A stretch of DNA of 63,149 nucleotides, filler included, from Octopus bimaculoides (lineage: Eukaryota): the NCBI RefSeq assembly GCF_001194135.2. It is 3 parts of 3 records of this genome, joined end to end, with 100 filler letters (N's around TTAATTAATTAA, not from the genome) between each part and the next. Parts side by side here need not be neighbours in the genome. Positions count along the whole stretch, not along the records: positions 1 to 29,975 come from NC_068992.1; positions 30,076 to 41,729 come from NC_069000.1; 1 more part is not named here. One strand, given 5' to 3'. This document shows positions 21,626 through 35,330 of the stretch, one piece after another (within the stretch, counting starts at the first letter, position 1; every line of letters begins with the position of its first letter). Both the position numbers and the translations under genes were made by a program. The notes below the pieces were generated by a model. The model saw only the letters and a list, made by a program, of their open reading frames with translations, made no database searches and was not told the origin of the DNA.

Positions 21626-22727
21626 AAATCAAGGCAGTGGGCTGGCAGAATCGAATTCTTTTGGATTATTGTCCAACATTTATGACCTTAGATGAGGATG
21701 GGTACAAAGACGGAACTGAAGGTAGCATTTATAATTTTTATTTAGTATAAAAATGGTGCTGCGCTAAAATTTTATCTTTCTCTTCGTAAGTGAAGAATTC
21801 ATTTCCAATGAATCATTTAAAATTTAACTAATTAGAAACATTTAAAATAAATGCCACAAGTGCATTGCACTGTTATTGAAATTAGAGACAAAGTGCAACC
21901 AAAAATACACTCAAAAACATTTCAGTAGAGTGAAGATATTCTGAAAGAGAAACAAGAACATCGAACAAAAGAAATCGATTTTCAAGTGCTGTAAATGTCT
22001 ACAAGATTAATAATCATTTAGTTAGATGTAAAGAGCTGNNNNNNNNNNNNNNNNNNNNNNNNNNNNNNNNNNNNNNNNNNNNNNNNNNNNNNNNNNNNNN
22101 NNNNNNNNNNNNNNNNNNNNNNNNNNNNNNNNNNNNNNNNNNNNNNNNNNNNNNNNNNNNNNNNNNNNNNNNNNNNNNNNNNNNNNNNNNNNNNNNNNNN
22201 NNNNNNNNNNNNNNNNNNNNNNNNNNNNNNNNNTGCATACATACACAAGCATACATATATATGCATACAAGCATATATATATACATGAATACACATACAT
22301 ACACATACACATACATGCATACACATGCATACACATACATGTATACACATGCATACACATACATGCATACACATGCATGCATATACATACCTGTATACAC
22401 ATACATACACATGCATACACATTCATACATACATACACATGTATGCATACACATACAAGCATACATGCATACACATAGACATACATGTATACATGCATGC
22501 AAGTACAGACATGTATGTAGTCATATGCACAGACATAGGCACGCTGTTATCAGAGTCACCCTGGATAGACTTATCCACTCAGAGAAATATACATTCAACT
22601 AAGAATAAAGCAACTCATATATGCAAATATATGCAAATATACAACAACCAAAGTACTGATATACGTACGAGGCAGTAGCAAAAAGCTCCAGGACTTGTTG
22701 TGTTTAAAAAAAAAGTAACTTATTTCA

Positions 22728-23107
22728 CTCTTTTATGTGTTTCAGCTATTTAGCTGCAGCCATGCTGGAGCACTGCCTTTAGTCGAACAAATCAATCCCT
22801 CCAAGACTTATACTTTGTAAGCCTTGTACTTCATCTACTGGTCTCTTTTGCCAAGCCACTTAGTTTGAGGTACATAAGCACACCGACATCAGTTGTCAAG
22901 CAATGGTGGGGGGCAAACACAAACATACACACACATAAATAAATACACGACAGGATTTTTTCAGTTTCCGTCTACCAAATCCATTCACAAGGGTTTCGGT
23001 TGGCCTGAGGCTGTAGTAGAAGATATTTGTCTAAAGTGCCATGCAGTGGAATTGAACCTGGAACCATGTGGTTGGGAACCAAGCTTCTTACTTTACAGCT
23101 ACGCCTA
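22728..23107 (-). mobile_element. SINE family B, full length, nested in the mariner
   Basis: Homologous to 21022-21394. Confidence 0.9.
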
Positions 23108-23212
23108 CCTAAGTTTCAGCTTCATCTTATTCAAATGACCACCTTGTGCAGCAATGCATTCGTCCCAGCATTCCAGTCACTTTTGTAATCTGGCCTGGAA
23201 GTCATTTTCCAA

Positions 23213-23495
23213 ATTCGAGCGAGGTTGTTGCTAGTGCCACTGGACTAGCTCTTGTGCAGGTGGCACATAAAAAATACCATTTTGAGCATGGCCGTTGCTA
23301 GTACCGCCTGACTGGCCCTTGTGCCGGTGGCATGTAAAAGCACCCACTACACTCTAGGAGTGGTTGGCGTTAGGAAAGGTATCCAGCTGTAGAAACTCTG
23401 CCAGATCAGATTGGAGCCTGGTGCAGCCATCTGGTCCACCAGTCCACATTCAAATCGTCCAACCCATGCTAGCATGGAAAACAGACGTTAAATGA
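23213..23495 (+). mobile_element. Family E repeat nested in the mariner
   Basis: Homologous to 5520-5800. Confidence 0.9.
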
Positions 23496-24000
23496 ACAAA
23501 CGACAAGCCAAGGACCTTCAGCGATTCACTCTTGATCTCGACAATGGTGTTTCAATGACAACTTTTAGCTGCATTTTCATCTTGGACAGAGATGGAAGTC
23601 TGCAGGTTCTAGGTTTGACGAATAGGGCTGGTGTAGAAGTGACACCATCTTGTTTTTGGGGAGAAACTTACGAGTGAGGAGTGCTCGATGACAGGGTGCA
23701 TTGTGGTCATGTAGAAGCCAATTCTTTGTGCCCCACAGATTTGGTCATTTTTGCCAAATGCCTTTCCATCGAAATATCACAAAAGAACTTTCAACTGATG
23801 GTTTGGCATTGGGGGGATGAATTCTCAATGCACAATACTGCTGATGTTGAAAAAAATGATGAGCATGCTCTTGACTGAGCTGTGGCACACTTGTGACTCT
23901 TCATCCATTTGTGCCACTCAAAATATTGCATATGACCAATTGCCTCATCACCGTAAGCTTGCTGAAACATGCTCAATGCCTCAGTAGTAGACTTCCTGAG

Positions 24001-24389
24001 AGTTGAGGTGCAATGGCCCAGTGGTTAGGGGAGCGGACTCGCGGCCATAGGATCGCGGTTTTGATTCCCAGACCGGGCGTTGTGAGTGCTTATTGAGCAA
24101 AAACACCTAAAAGCTCCACGAGGCTCCGGCAGGGAATGGTGGCGAACCCTGCTGTACTCTTTCACCACAACTTTCTCTCACTCTTACTTCCTGTTTCTGT
24201 TGTGCCTGTAATTCAAAGGGTCAGCCTTGTCACACTGTGTCACACTGAATGTCCCCGAGAACTATGTTAAGGGTACACGTGTCTGTGGAGTGCTCAGCCA
24301 CTTGCACATTAATTTCACGAGCAGGCTGTTCCGTTGATCGGATCAACTGGAACCCTCGATGTCATAAGTGACGGAGTACCAACAATAAC
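24001..24389 (+). mobile_element. SINE family C nested in the mariner, 12-bp TSD
   Basis: AGACTTCCTGAG at 23989-24000 and 24390-24401. Removing the SINE restores the transposase frame. Confidence 0.94.
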
Positions 24390-24651
24390 AGACTTCCTGA
24401 GTTTAATGCAAAATTTCAGGCTGGTTCTTCCTATCAATGACAAAAATTTCAGACTACTACATATGCATGACCACAAAAACACAAATTTCACAACTTGCAA
24501 AGCAAACATAGCAATGTCACTCAACACACTGCCTCATGAAAGTCATTGCTAGCTCTCACTGCATACACAGCTACATGCTGCCATCTGTTGGCACGCTACA
24601 GAACTAGTCCGGGAAATTTTTGATACCATCTCATACATGCACATATATATT

Positions 24652-24850
24652 CTTTTCTACTCTAGGCACATGACTCGAAATTTTTGGGGAGATGGGAGCC
24701 AGTCAATTAGATTGACCCCAATATGCAACTGGTACTTAATTTATCAAGCCCGAAAGGATGAAAGGCAAAGTCTTCCTCGGCGAAATTTGGATTCAGAACA
24801 TAAAAACAGATGAAATACTGCTAAGCATTTCTGCCAGCTCACTGCTTTAC
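24652..24850 (-). mobile_element. SINE family A (tail type 2)
   Basis: ttttctactctaggcacatgactcgaaatttttggg...ctgccagctcactgc. Confidence 0.85.
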
Positions 24851-24966
24851 CTGCACATATGTATTAATATATAAATATGATTAATGTAGCTAAAAGTGCA
24901 TTGTGACCAGCGATGTGTAACAGCATTTGACAGTCTGATCAGTCTCATGATCCCATAATGTTTTAT

Positions 24967-24998
<32 letters not shown>

Positions 24999-25249
24999 CT
25001 GTGTATGTATGTACATATGTATATCTATGTTACTATTTAGGTACATTCCAAGATTTCTCATTAATGGGACAAGAACAGTTTTCTACACTCATTCCAAGTG
25101 TATGTGTATACATGCAAGTATTTGGAGTTAGTGGTCACATATATACGATGGCAGAAAACTAGAAACAATTCCGAGCCTAACACAAGTAACTAAGTCATAT
25201 TAGTTTGAGGAAAATGTCCATGCGCTGTGTTACAATAATACTTTTTTTT

Positions 25250-25775
25250 AATTCTCAAACACAGGATAATGCTAATAATATAGCCTGAACAGGATAAACT
25301 ACCCCTATTTTGCAGAAAAAACTATAGGTGGCCAGCTATGAGACTCGAACTCACACCTCTGTGATTACGCGTCGAGTCACTTCTGTAACTTTCTAAGACA
25401 TCTCAACGCCTCTAAAGGCAAACTTCGTTTGTTTGTTTACGTTTATCTTAATTTGAATTTAACAAATGATAGTGTCTCATAAAGCGAGATTTCTATACAG
25501 CTTAAATTTGCAGAAAAACTTGTGGTGGGTAGTTTAGCTTTATTGGTCTAAAGCATCGTGACACGTAATCACGGAGGTGTGAGTTTGAGTCTCATAGCTA
25601 GCCGCCTATACTTTTTTCTGCAAAATAAGGGTAGCTTATCCTGTTCAGGCTATATTATTAGCATTATCCTGCATTTGAGAATTTAAAATCACTTCTTTAA
25701 CTTTCTAAGACATCTCAATGCTTCTAAAAGCAAACTTCATTTGTTTGTTTACGTTCATTGTAATTTGAATTTAAC
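25250..25775. mobile_element. Family F: tRNA-like-headed element with A'-B-spacer-A-B architecture
   Basis: 25250-25373 is the reverse complement of 25560-25683 (~90% by eye). 25377-25463 is directly repeated at 25689-25775. Confidence 0.8.
25524..25607 (+). pseudogene. tRNA-like cloverleaf (Thr-CGT-like anticodon arm), degenerate
   Basis: GGTGGGTAG..D arm..CGTGA-CACGTAA-TCACG..GTGAG-TTTGAGT-CTCAT..CTAGCCGCC, followed by TTTTTT. Position 33 and the T loop are mutated. Confidence 0.55.
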
Positions 25776-25819
25776 TTTTTTTTTTATATATTTTTGTGGT
25801 GTGTGTGTTCATTCAGTTC

Positions 25820-26269
25820 ATGTCAAGTTCAATGGTGATCCACTGTTGAAAAGTACCCAAGACTTGTTCATCGAAAACGAGCTTAGTTACAAGATAATGC
25901 AAAGCCGCATTCTGCCAGAAAGACCAGCAACAAGATTGAAGAATTGGATGGTGTGGAAGTTCTGCCGCATTCAGCCTAGAGTCCAGACGTTGATCCATTG
26001 GACTACGGTCTCTTCTGACCAATGCATCATTTTATGAAAGGTCGCCGACTTGAGTGATTCGATGAAGTTGAAGAAGCCTGTCAAGAATTTTTCTATTCAA
26101 AGCCGAAGGACTGGTACTTTGACCAAATCCAAAACCTTGCACATCATTGGCAGAAGATCGTGGAAAATGATGGTCTTTATTTTGAAAACTAGTTGTTGTT
26201 TTTGAATAAATTCTTGCATAAAATATCAATATTTTAAGATGGCGCACAGACTTTTTCCTCAACCTAGTA
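25820..26269 (+). pseudogene. Mariner transposase C-terminal relic with 3' TIR
   Basis: 25887-26192 reads LQDNAKPHSA...VEVLPHSA*SPDVDPLDYGLF...LAHHWQKIVENDGLYFEN*. Terminal ...ttttcctcaacctagta resembles a mariner TIR. Confidence 0.88.
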
Positions 26270-26377
26270 ATTTGTGGTCAACTTTTTTGATAATTTATTT
26301 CTCTGATAATTCCACCTGCTTCAAAGAATGTTAGAAAATGTATTTGACAACAAAAACACGTAACATTTATCATTTAT

Positions 26378-27092
26378 CTTTCACTTGTTTAACCCTTTCG
26401 TTACTGTATTTATTTTGAGATGCTCTCCGTTTCTTTCAATTACTTTAAATATAACAAAGAATTTAGTAAAATAACTTAGTTATCATTAAGATAGTGTTAG
26501 GAACATAAATTGCGACTAAGGTTTGGTGGAAGATTTTAATTCGAAACTTATGAAAACAAGACAATTGTACTACAGAACCAGAACTGGTTTCAGCCAGGTT
26601 GGTATCAAAAAAGGGTTAAGTCATTAGACAGTGGCCATGCTGGAGCAATGCCTTGAAGGATTTTTAGTCGAAGGAATTGAGCTCAGTATTCATTTTCTTT
26701 AAGCCTAGTACTTATTCAATCAAACTCTTTTGCTGAACTGCTAAGTTACCAAGACGTAAACACACCAACACCGGTTGTCAAGTATTGGGTGGAAGACAGT
26801 CACAGACACAAAAGACACACATGCACACACACACACACACACACACACAATACACACAAACACACACATACATATACACATGCTCATACACACATACACA
26901 CACACACATATACACACATGCACACACACACACAGAGTTCTTCCACACAGTTCTCATCCACCAAATCCATTCACAAGGATTTGGTTGGCCTTAGGCTATG
27001 GTAGAAAATACTTGCCCAAGGTGTCACACAGTGGGATTGAACCCCAAAACTCTGCAGTTGGGAAGTAAACTTCCTAACCACACAACCACACC
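26378..27092 (-). mobile_element. SINE family B, full length, with an expanded internal (CA)n and a MITE in its tail
   Basis: Tail cttgtttaa|ttaagtcattagac is split by family G; head ends near 27090. Confidence 0.85.
26393..26615. mobile_element. 223-bp piggyBac-type MITE (family G)
   Basis: TTAA at 26389-26392 and 26616-26619; CCCTTT/AAAGGG termini. Confidence 0.88.
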
Positions 27093-27679
27093 TGTGTGTT
27101 TAAAATATTTTGCAACTTCTACTGCAAAAAATCTCCACACAATTAACAATGGCCAACTGCTATATACTCACAGATGCAAAAAAAAAAAAAAAAGAAACAC
27201 AGATGAAAATGCAATGTCCACAACTCCTTAGCAATCTTTTTCTCCTCCTTTCATTCCCTTTCTAAGTGAATATACATCTATTTTACATTACAGATCCTAA
27301 CTTTCCAAAAAAAGTACTTTGGGCAAATCTAAAAACTTCTGATATTTCTCCACAAGCTACTATTCTAGTTTATAATGATCAAGTTGCTGATCAATAACTC
27401 TCACCAGACCCTTATCCTCTCCATCATGCTTCAAAACAAAAATGTATCTTTTTAAGATGGTTTTCATATTCCATTAAGTTAATCCGTCAACTTTTATCAC
27501 AAATTTCTTATATTTTTCTTCTTAGCAGAGTTCCTTCCCCCATATTAGTGTTTTTCCTTTTTATTTAAACATTTGATCACATTTACTTAAAGCTACTTGA
27601 GACACTATGTGTAACTTCAAGAAACACTTTTTTATTTCATGCAACAACTTCAATACCAATAAATCAGACAGCTTTTAAA

Positions 27680-29290
<1,611 letters not shown>

Positions 29291-30155
29291 TTTAACTCAG
29301 ATATAAACAAATATTTGGGGATTTTTTGCAGCTCTTTTATTAATCAATATCTACATTAAAATGGCAAAACTGCCTGTGGAGATCCTTGTGTGTAGATATC
29401 AATATATGAGATTGTGTGTGTATAATAAGTATATATAGTTTTTTTATACATAAAGTATTGTAGAGTGTTGTTGTATACACATGCATGTATAATCATATAT
29501 ACATATTGTGTGTTATGATTTAGGATTTATTTTATCAAAATAATACAATTATAATTCTGTCCAAAATTCTTAGAGCTGCTGTCTACAAGCAAAATTCAAT
29601 TATTTAGCTAAAATCTATATAGTAATACATTTATTTATTATATAAACATGACTGTCTATATGCACACACACACCCTCATACACATACACATGCAGAAAGA
29701 GACCTCGATATTATGTAAATAGAGGAATTTATCTGTAAAAATATGTGAAACTTATCCAGCAGCCATGATAAAACTCTGAGTTTCAGATGCCGGGGTGGGA
29801 GCCCACGCCAACATCTCTTCAGTTATCCGGCCATTGAAAATTCCTGTGAAAAATGACCTTGGTATGTTTTTCATAGAATAATCGATGTAGTAAGCGTCCA
29901 TATTGAAATCTTCAGTAGGGCAGAGTCTTCAACTGATTTCTGGCGATTTTCCCAAAATAAGCTATATACATATATNNNNNNNNNNNNNNNNNNNNNNNNN
30001 NNNNNNNNNNNNNNNNNNNTTAATTAATTAANNNNNNNNNNNNNNNNNNNNNNNNNNNNNNNNNNNNNNNNNNNNATATAAGCATACATGTGTGTGTGTG
30101 TAAAGTGTGAGATAGAATAATCATGAAAAAGGCATATCAAGTAAAAGATAGATAA

Positions 30156-30190
<35 letters not shown>

Positions 30191-30404
30191 TAAGTGGCCT
30201 CACATGACGGTATATAACGTTTACGGAAAGTACACAGAATAACTGCAGCAATGCCACGCGGAAGATGCCAAACGTACAATCCTTATGACCATCCTTGGAA
30301 CTGTGGAAAGTACAACGGAATACGCACTTATACATGTGCGATTACATGTGTGCGCGCGCGCATGCGTGTGTACGTCTGTGTGCATATGAATATACATGTA
30401 TGCA

Positions 30405-30480
30405 CGTGGGGTCGATCTAATCGATTGCTTCCCTCCCCAAAAATGTTGGGCCTTGTGTCTAGAGTAGAAAAGAACATTGT
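30405..30480 (+). mobile_element. SINE A tail type 2 fragment
   Basis: ggggtcgatctaatcgattgcttccctccccaaaaatgttgggccttgtgtctagagtagaaaag. Confidence 0.75.
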
Positions 30481-30573
30481 CATATAGGCATCATCCTATC
30501 TAACCTATCATGTTATCAAAAAATATAACAACCATTGAGGATATATTTAGTGATATCTATAATTTATGGGCAA

Positions 30574-30635
<62 letters not shown>

Positions 30636-31964
30636 NNNNNNNNNNNNNNNNNNNNNNNNNNNNNNNNNNNNNNNNNNNNNNNNNNNNNNNNNNNNNNNNN
30701 NNNNNNNNNNNNNNNNNNNNNNNNNNNNNNNNNNNNNNNNNNNNNNNNNNNNNNNNNNNNNNNNNNNNNNNNNNNNNNNNNNNNNNNNNNNNNNNNNNNN
30801 NNNNNNNNNNNNNNNNNNNNNNNNNNNNNNNNNNNNNNNNNNNNNNNNNNNNNNNNNNNNNNNNNNNNNNNNNNNNNNNNNNNNNNNNNNNNNNNNNNNN
30901 NNNNNNNNNNNNNNNNNNNNNNNNNNNNNNNNNNNNNNNNNNNNNNNNNNNNNNNNNNNNNNNNNNNNNNNNNNNNNNNNNNNNNNNNNNNNNNNNNNNN
31001 NNNNNNNNNNNNNNNNNNNNNNNNNNNNNNNNNNNNNNNNNNNNNNNNNNNNNNNNNNNNNNNNNNNNNNNNNNNNNNNNNNNNNNNNNNNNNNNNNNNN
31101 NNNNNNNNNNNNNNNNNNNNNNNNNNNNNNNNNNNNATATATATATATATACACACACACACATTATATATGTATATATACATGTATATATCTATATTTG
31201 TATATATGTATCTATATCTATAAATACATATAGATACATAATATACAGTATATATACATGCATGTATTTACACACATATACATATGCATACATATAGATA
31301 CATATATATACATTAAACATATGTATATATAAACATACACCTACACATATATGTATACACACACACACACACGTATGTATATACACGCCCGTACATAAAA
31401 TAACGAATAGATCTTCCAACAGACATATGTTTCTTCTGAAAAACTATGCCATACTCCATTCATACAGTCTCTTAAGTCAGAACAGCTACTTGGGGGCCCT
31501 CTCCCTTTTAACAAACAATCCTTACCCCTAGGTACACCCATACCCTACTTACTCGAGGGACTAGTTCTTGGAATATGATGTGCCTCCCTCCTCCCCCTCC
31601 TCGTTCTTTGTTTATAATATTTGCCGTTCGTCTTTGTTATTTTTATTGTAGTTAATCTTGTTTGTTCTTTTGTATTTCTTTAAAACTTTGACGGCGTACT
31701 TGTATTATTCCGTGAAAAGAATCAAATTGTAAAACAACGGATATGATATATAACCATGTACTGCGTAGACGTAGATTATGTACGTATGAATGGATGTACG
31801 TACGTACATATCTGTGTGTATATGTGTGTGTGTGTGTGTGTGAGAGAGCGTTTGCATGTGTGCATGTTTGATTGTATGGATGGGTGGATATTATGTATGT
31901 ATGTATGTATGTATGCGTATATGCATGCATGTATGTATGTGTGTGTCTATGTATTCTTTTCTTC

Positions 31965-32160
31965 TTTTACTTGTTTTAGTCATTTTTGACTGCGGCCATG
32001 TTGGAGCACTACCTTTAGTGCTCCCCGGACTTATTCTTTCTAAGCCTAGTACTTATTCTATCGGTCTTTTTTGCCGAACCATTAAGTTATGGGGGACGTA
32101 AACACACCAACATCGGTTGTCAAGCGATAGTGAGGGGAGAAACACAGACACACAAATGCA

Positions 32161-32193
<33 letters not shown>

Positions 32194-32232
32194 TACATTT
32201 TTACTTAAATGACAGGATTTCAAAGGAACTTT
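31965..32232 (-). mobile_element. SINE family B, 3' part, running into a gap
   Basis: cttgttttagtcatttttgactgcggccatg...gacaggatttcaaagg. Confidence 0.85.
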
Positions 32233-32569
32233 NNNNNNNNNNNNNNNNNNNNNNNNNNNNNNNNNNNNNNNNNNNNNNNNNNNNNNNNNNNNNNNNNNNN
32301 NNNNNNNNNNNNNNNNNNNNNNNNNNNNNNNNNNNNNNNNNNNNNNNNNNNNNNNNNNNNNNNNNNNNNNNNNNNNNNNNNNNNNNNNNNNNNNNNNNNN
32401 NNNNNNNNNNNNNNNNNNNNNNNNNNNNNNNNNNNNNNNNNNNNNNNNNNNNNNNNNNNNNNNNNNNNNNNNNNNNNNNNNNNNNNNNNNNNNNNNNNNN
32501 NNNNNNNNNNNNNNATAATTATTCACCAACCCAATAAATAGATTTTTGATATTTGTGACAAGAAAAGTC

Positions 32570-32910
32570 GGCAAGCTGGCCGAATCATTAGCCGAATCAT
32601 TAGCCGAATCATTAGCACGCGAAGCAAAATGTTAAGCGGCATGTTTTTTTAGTTCTGAGTTCAAATTCCGCTGCGATCAACTTTGCCTAATACGGCAAGC
32701 TGACAGAATTATTAACGCGCCGGGAAAAAATGCTTAGCGGCATTTCGCCCGTCTTTGCGTTCGGAGTTCAAATGCTGCAGAGGTTGACTTTACTTTGCAT
32801 CCTTTCGGAATCGACAAAATATGTACCGGTTGAGCACTGGGGGTCGATGTAATCAACTTACGCCCTGCCACCGAAATTGCTGGCCATGTGCCAAAATTTG
32901 AAACCAATAT
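32570..32910 (+). mobile_element. Tandem SINE A dimer; first copy truncated and carrying a 12-bp triplication
   Basis: GCCGAATCATTA x3 at 32579-32614. The second copy (32693-32910) has tail type 3. Confidence 0.85.
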
Positions 32911-33062
32911 TGTAACAAGGATGACTGATGAGACAGATAATTATCTCCCAACCTACCAATTAACAATAAAGAACACAAAAAATGCGGATGAGTTAAAAAA
33001 AAAAAAGCAAGGAAAAATGCATAAAATAAAAGTTTATATAAGTATAATATAAGTATACAGTG

Positions 33063-33388
33063 AAGGCGCGTGGCTTAGTGGTTAGGGCTTTCGATTCACG
33101 ATCGTAGGATTGCTTGTTCGATTCCCAGCACCGCGTAGTGTCCTTGAGCAAGACACTTTATGTCACGTTGCTCCAGTCCACTTATCTGGCGAAAATGACT
33201 TGTACCTGTATTTCAAAGGGCCAGCCCTATGAAATACACTCTGTGTCACGCTGAATCTCCCTGGGAACTATGTTAAGAGTACTCGTGTCTGTGGAGTGCT
33301 CAGCCACTTACAACGTTAATTTCACGAGCAAGCTGTTCCGTTGATCGTATCAGCTGGGACCCTCGTCGTCGTAACCAACGGAGTGCTT
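33063..33388 (+). mobile_element. SINE C variant (H-type central domain plus C-type tail)
   Basis: Central gtgtccttgagcaagacact...gttgctccagtccac is shared with 36535; the 3' half is shared with C. Possible TSD tataagtatac / tataaatatac. Confidence 0.85.
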
Positions 33389-33640
33389 CTATAAATATAC
33401 TAATGATGATGATGATGATGATGATGGTGATGACGATGACGATGATGATCATGGTCATGATGACGCAATTTCTAATTTAGGCACAAGGCCACATATTTTT
33501 GGAGGAAGGATCAGCAACAATACTCGAGTGGTGCTTATTGTAATAATGAAGAGGAGGAAGAATAAGAATAGAAACTAAGAAGTGGGTGTTGAATGATTTA
33601 CCCCATTGATGATGAGCAGGAAATGAAGAAGGAATAAATG

Positions 33641-33675
<35 letters not shown>

Positions 33676-33737
33676 CGCGCGCGCGCGTCAATCACGGACC
33701 CACTCGCCCAAGTCACGCGCATACACACGCATAATAC

Positions 33738-33935
33738 ACATTCTTTTGTTCTTTTATTCGTTTCAATCATCTGACTGCGGCCATGCTGGTGCACTTCCCT
33801 GAAGGATTTTTTAACCGAACAAGTCAGCCGCAGGACTTATTCCTTAAGCCTAGTACTTATTCTGTCGATATCTTTTGTTGAACCGTTACGTTACGGGGGA
33901 CCTAAACACACCAATATCAGTTGTCAAACGTTCAT

Positions 33936-33966
<31 letters not shown>

Positions 33967-33990
33967 CACACACACACAGACACATATCGT
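33738..33990 (-). mobile_element. SINE family B 3' part
   Basis: caatcatctgactgcggccatgctgg...taagcctagtacttattct...gttgtcaaacg. Confidence 0.8.
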
Positions 33991-34206
33991 TGGTATATCA
34001 TAAGTCCTAAAAAGAAGCACACTCCAGGTTTACATAGATAAGGCCCATAAAGGGCTTAGTTTTACAGCTGGGGTCTGCTGTAAAGCTAAGCACTTTATGG
34101 ACATGAAACTCAGGGTAATCCCATAGGCCGGCTTTATGTATCTTTACAACATATATTTATATATATATGTATGTATGTGTGTATGTATGTATGTATGTAT
34201 GATGTC

Positions 34207-34248
<42 letters not shown>

Positions 34249-34259
34249 CACTTACTGTT

Positions 34260-35330
34260 GGCAAAAATCGGGATGCGTGGCATTCAGTTACCCAATAAAT
34301 GAAAAATGCATTAAATACTAGAAAGCGTCCTGGTAGGACAGACACAGATGGACCCTAATTCTTTATCAGTTATCGACCAAAAAAACTCTTTTTCCACCAC
34401 CTTCAACCCCTCCCCACCAAATACAAAAAATTTCACTTTCCTCAATCAACTTTCTCATTGGTATCCTTGATAGAGTTCTTCGTGTGTTAAGGGATTACGA
34501 ACTTGGAGAAAAAAAAGTCATTTCCCAATATTGAATATACATTCATCCCAGAGCTTCTAAGTAATTACGAGTAACNNNNNNNNNNAAAATCGGGATGCGT
34601 GGCATTCAGTTACCCAATAAATGAAAAATGCATTAAATACTAGAAAGCGTCCTGGTAGGACAGACACAGATGGACCCTAATTCTTTATCAGTTATCGACC
34701 AAAAAAACTCTTTTTCCACCACCTTCAACCCCTCCCCACCAAATACAAAAAATTTCACTTTCCTCAATCAACTTTCTCATTGGTATCCTTGATAGAGTTC
34801 TTCGTGTGTTAAGGGATTACGAACTTGGAGAAAAAAAAGTCATTTCCCAATATTGAATATACATTCATCCCAGAGCTTCTAAGTAATTACGAGTAACTCC
34901 AGGCTAATTTCAACAATGGTGAAGAAAAGATTACTGAATCAGTAGGATGGTGAGATGACATGAAATTTCTATTTCATTTGACTAGAGTTTTTCGTTTCTT
35001 TGAAGAAACCGGAAAATTTCCTATTGTAAAGTTTAAAAAAATACCCAACTTAAGTAATGCAAGATGGAATTCTCGAGTAATACTAGCTCTTTTGTCATTT
35101 ATTCTTCTACCAGAGAAAAGAGCTTTGCTTCTCAATGTTTGTTGGTTCATCTCTTACAGCTGGGAAGATTTTTGGTTTACTGACCAAATGGTCAATGCAC
35201 ATGATTATCAGAAGTTATGTGGTAGCCTGCAAGTTCATAAAAAAGCATTAAACTCTATAATACAATCTTTCGTAGTCGAGAACCATCAAAACTAAAAATT
35301 CCCAGAACAGATCAGAGTGCAGAACGGGCA
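34260..35330 (+). pseudogene. Decayed DNA-transposon transposase, hATm-like (tentative family)
   Basis: Relic motifs ILDRVLR, GW*DDMKFLFHL, FKKIPNLSNARWNSRVILALL...VCWFIS..W...WF and DYQKL...VENHQN*KFP parallel the recalled RDDY / H.ARW / VVE.HR..FP blocks of these transposases. Confidence 0.5.

Larger units (their letters stand above)
22666..24635 (-). mobile_element. Decayed mariner (DD34D-type) transposon carrying three nested retroposons
   Basis: 30-bp TIRs at 22666-22695 and 24606-24635 (22/30 identical by my count). Peptide relics LKFCIKLRKS|TTEALSMFQQAYGDEAIGHMQYFEWHK, NWLLHDHNAPCHRAL...HQPYSSNLEPADF and LENDFQ...WDECIAAQGGH. Confidence 0.88.

Noticed and set aside
30020-30031. Isolated TTAATTAATTAA between gaps (same 12-mer at 41774-41785)
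   Set aside because: An identical palindromic 12-mer stranded inside N runs, with stops in all frames; most likely a linker or scaffolding artefact.
34264-34897. Apparently exact 312-bp tandem duplication
   Set aside because: The copies sit either side of a 10-N gap, typical of an unmerged contig overlap.
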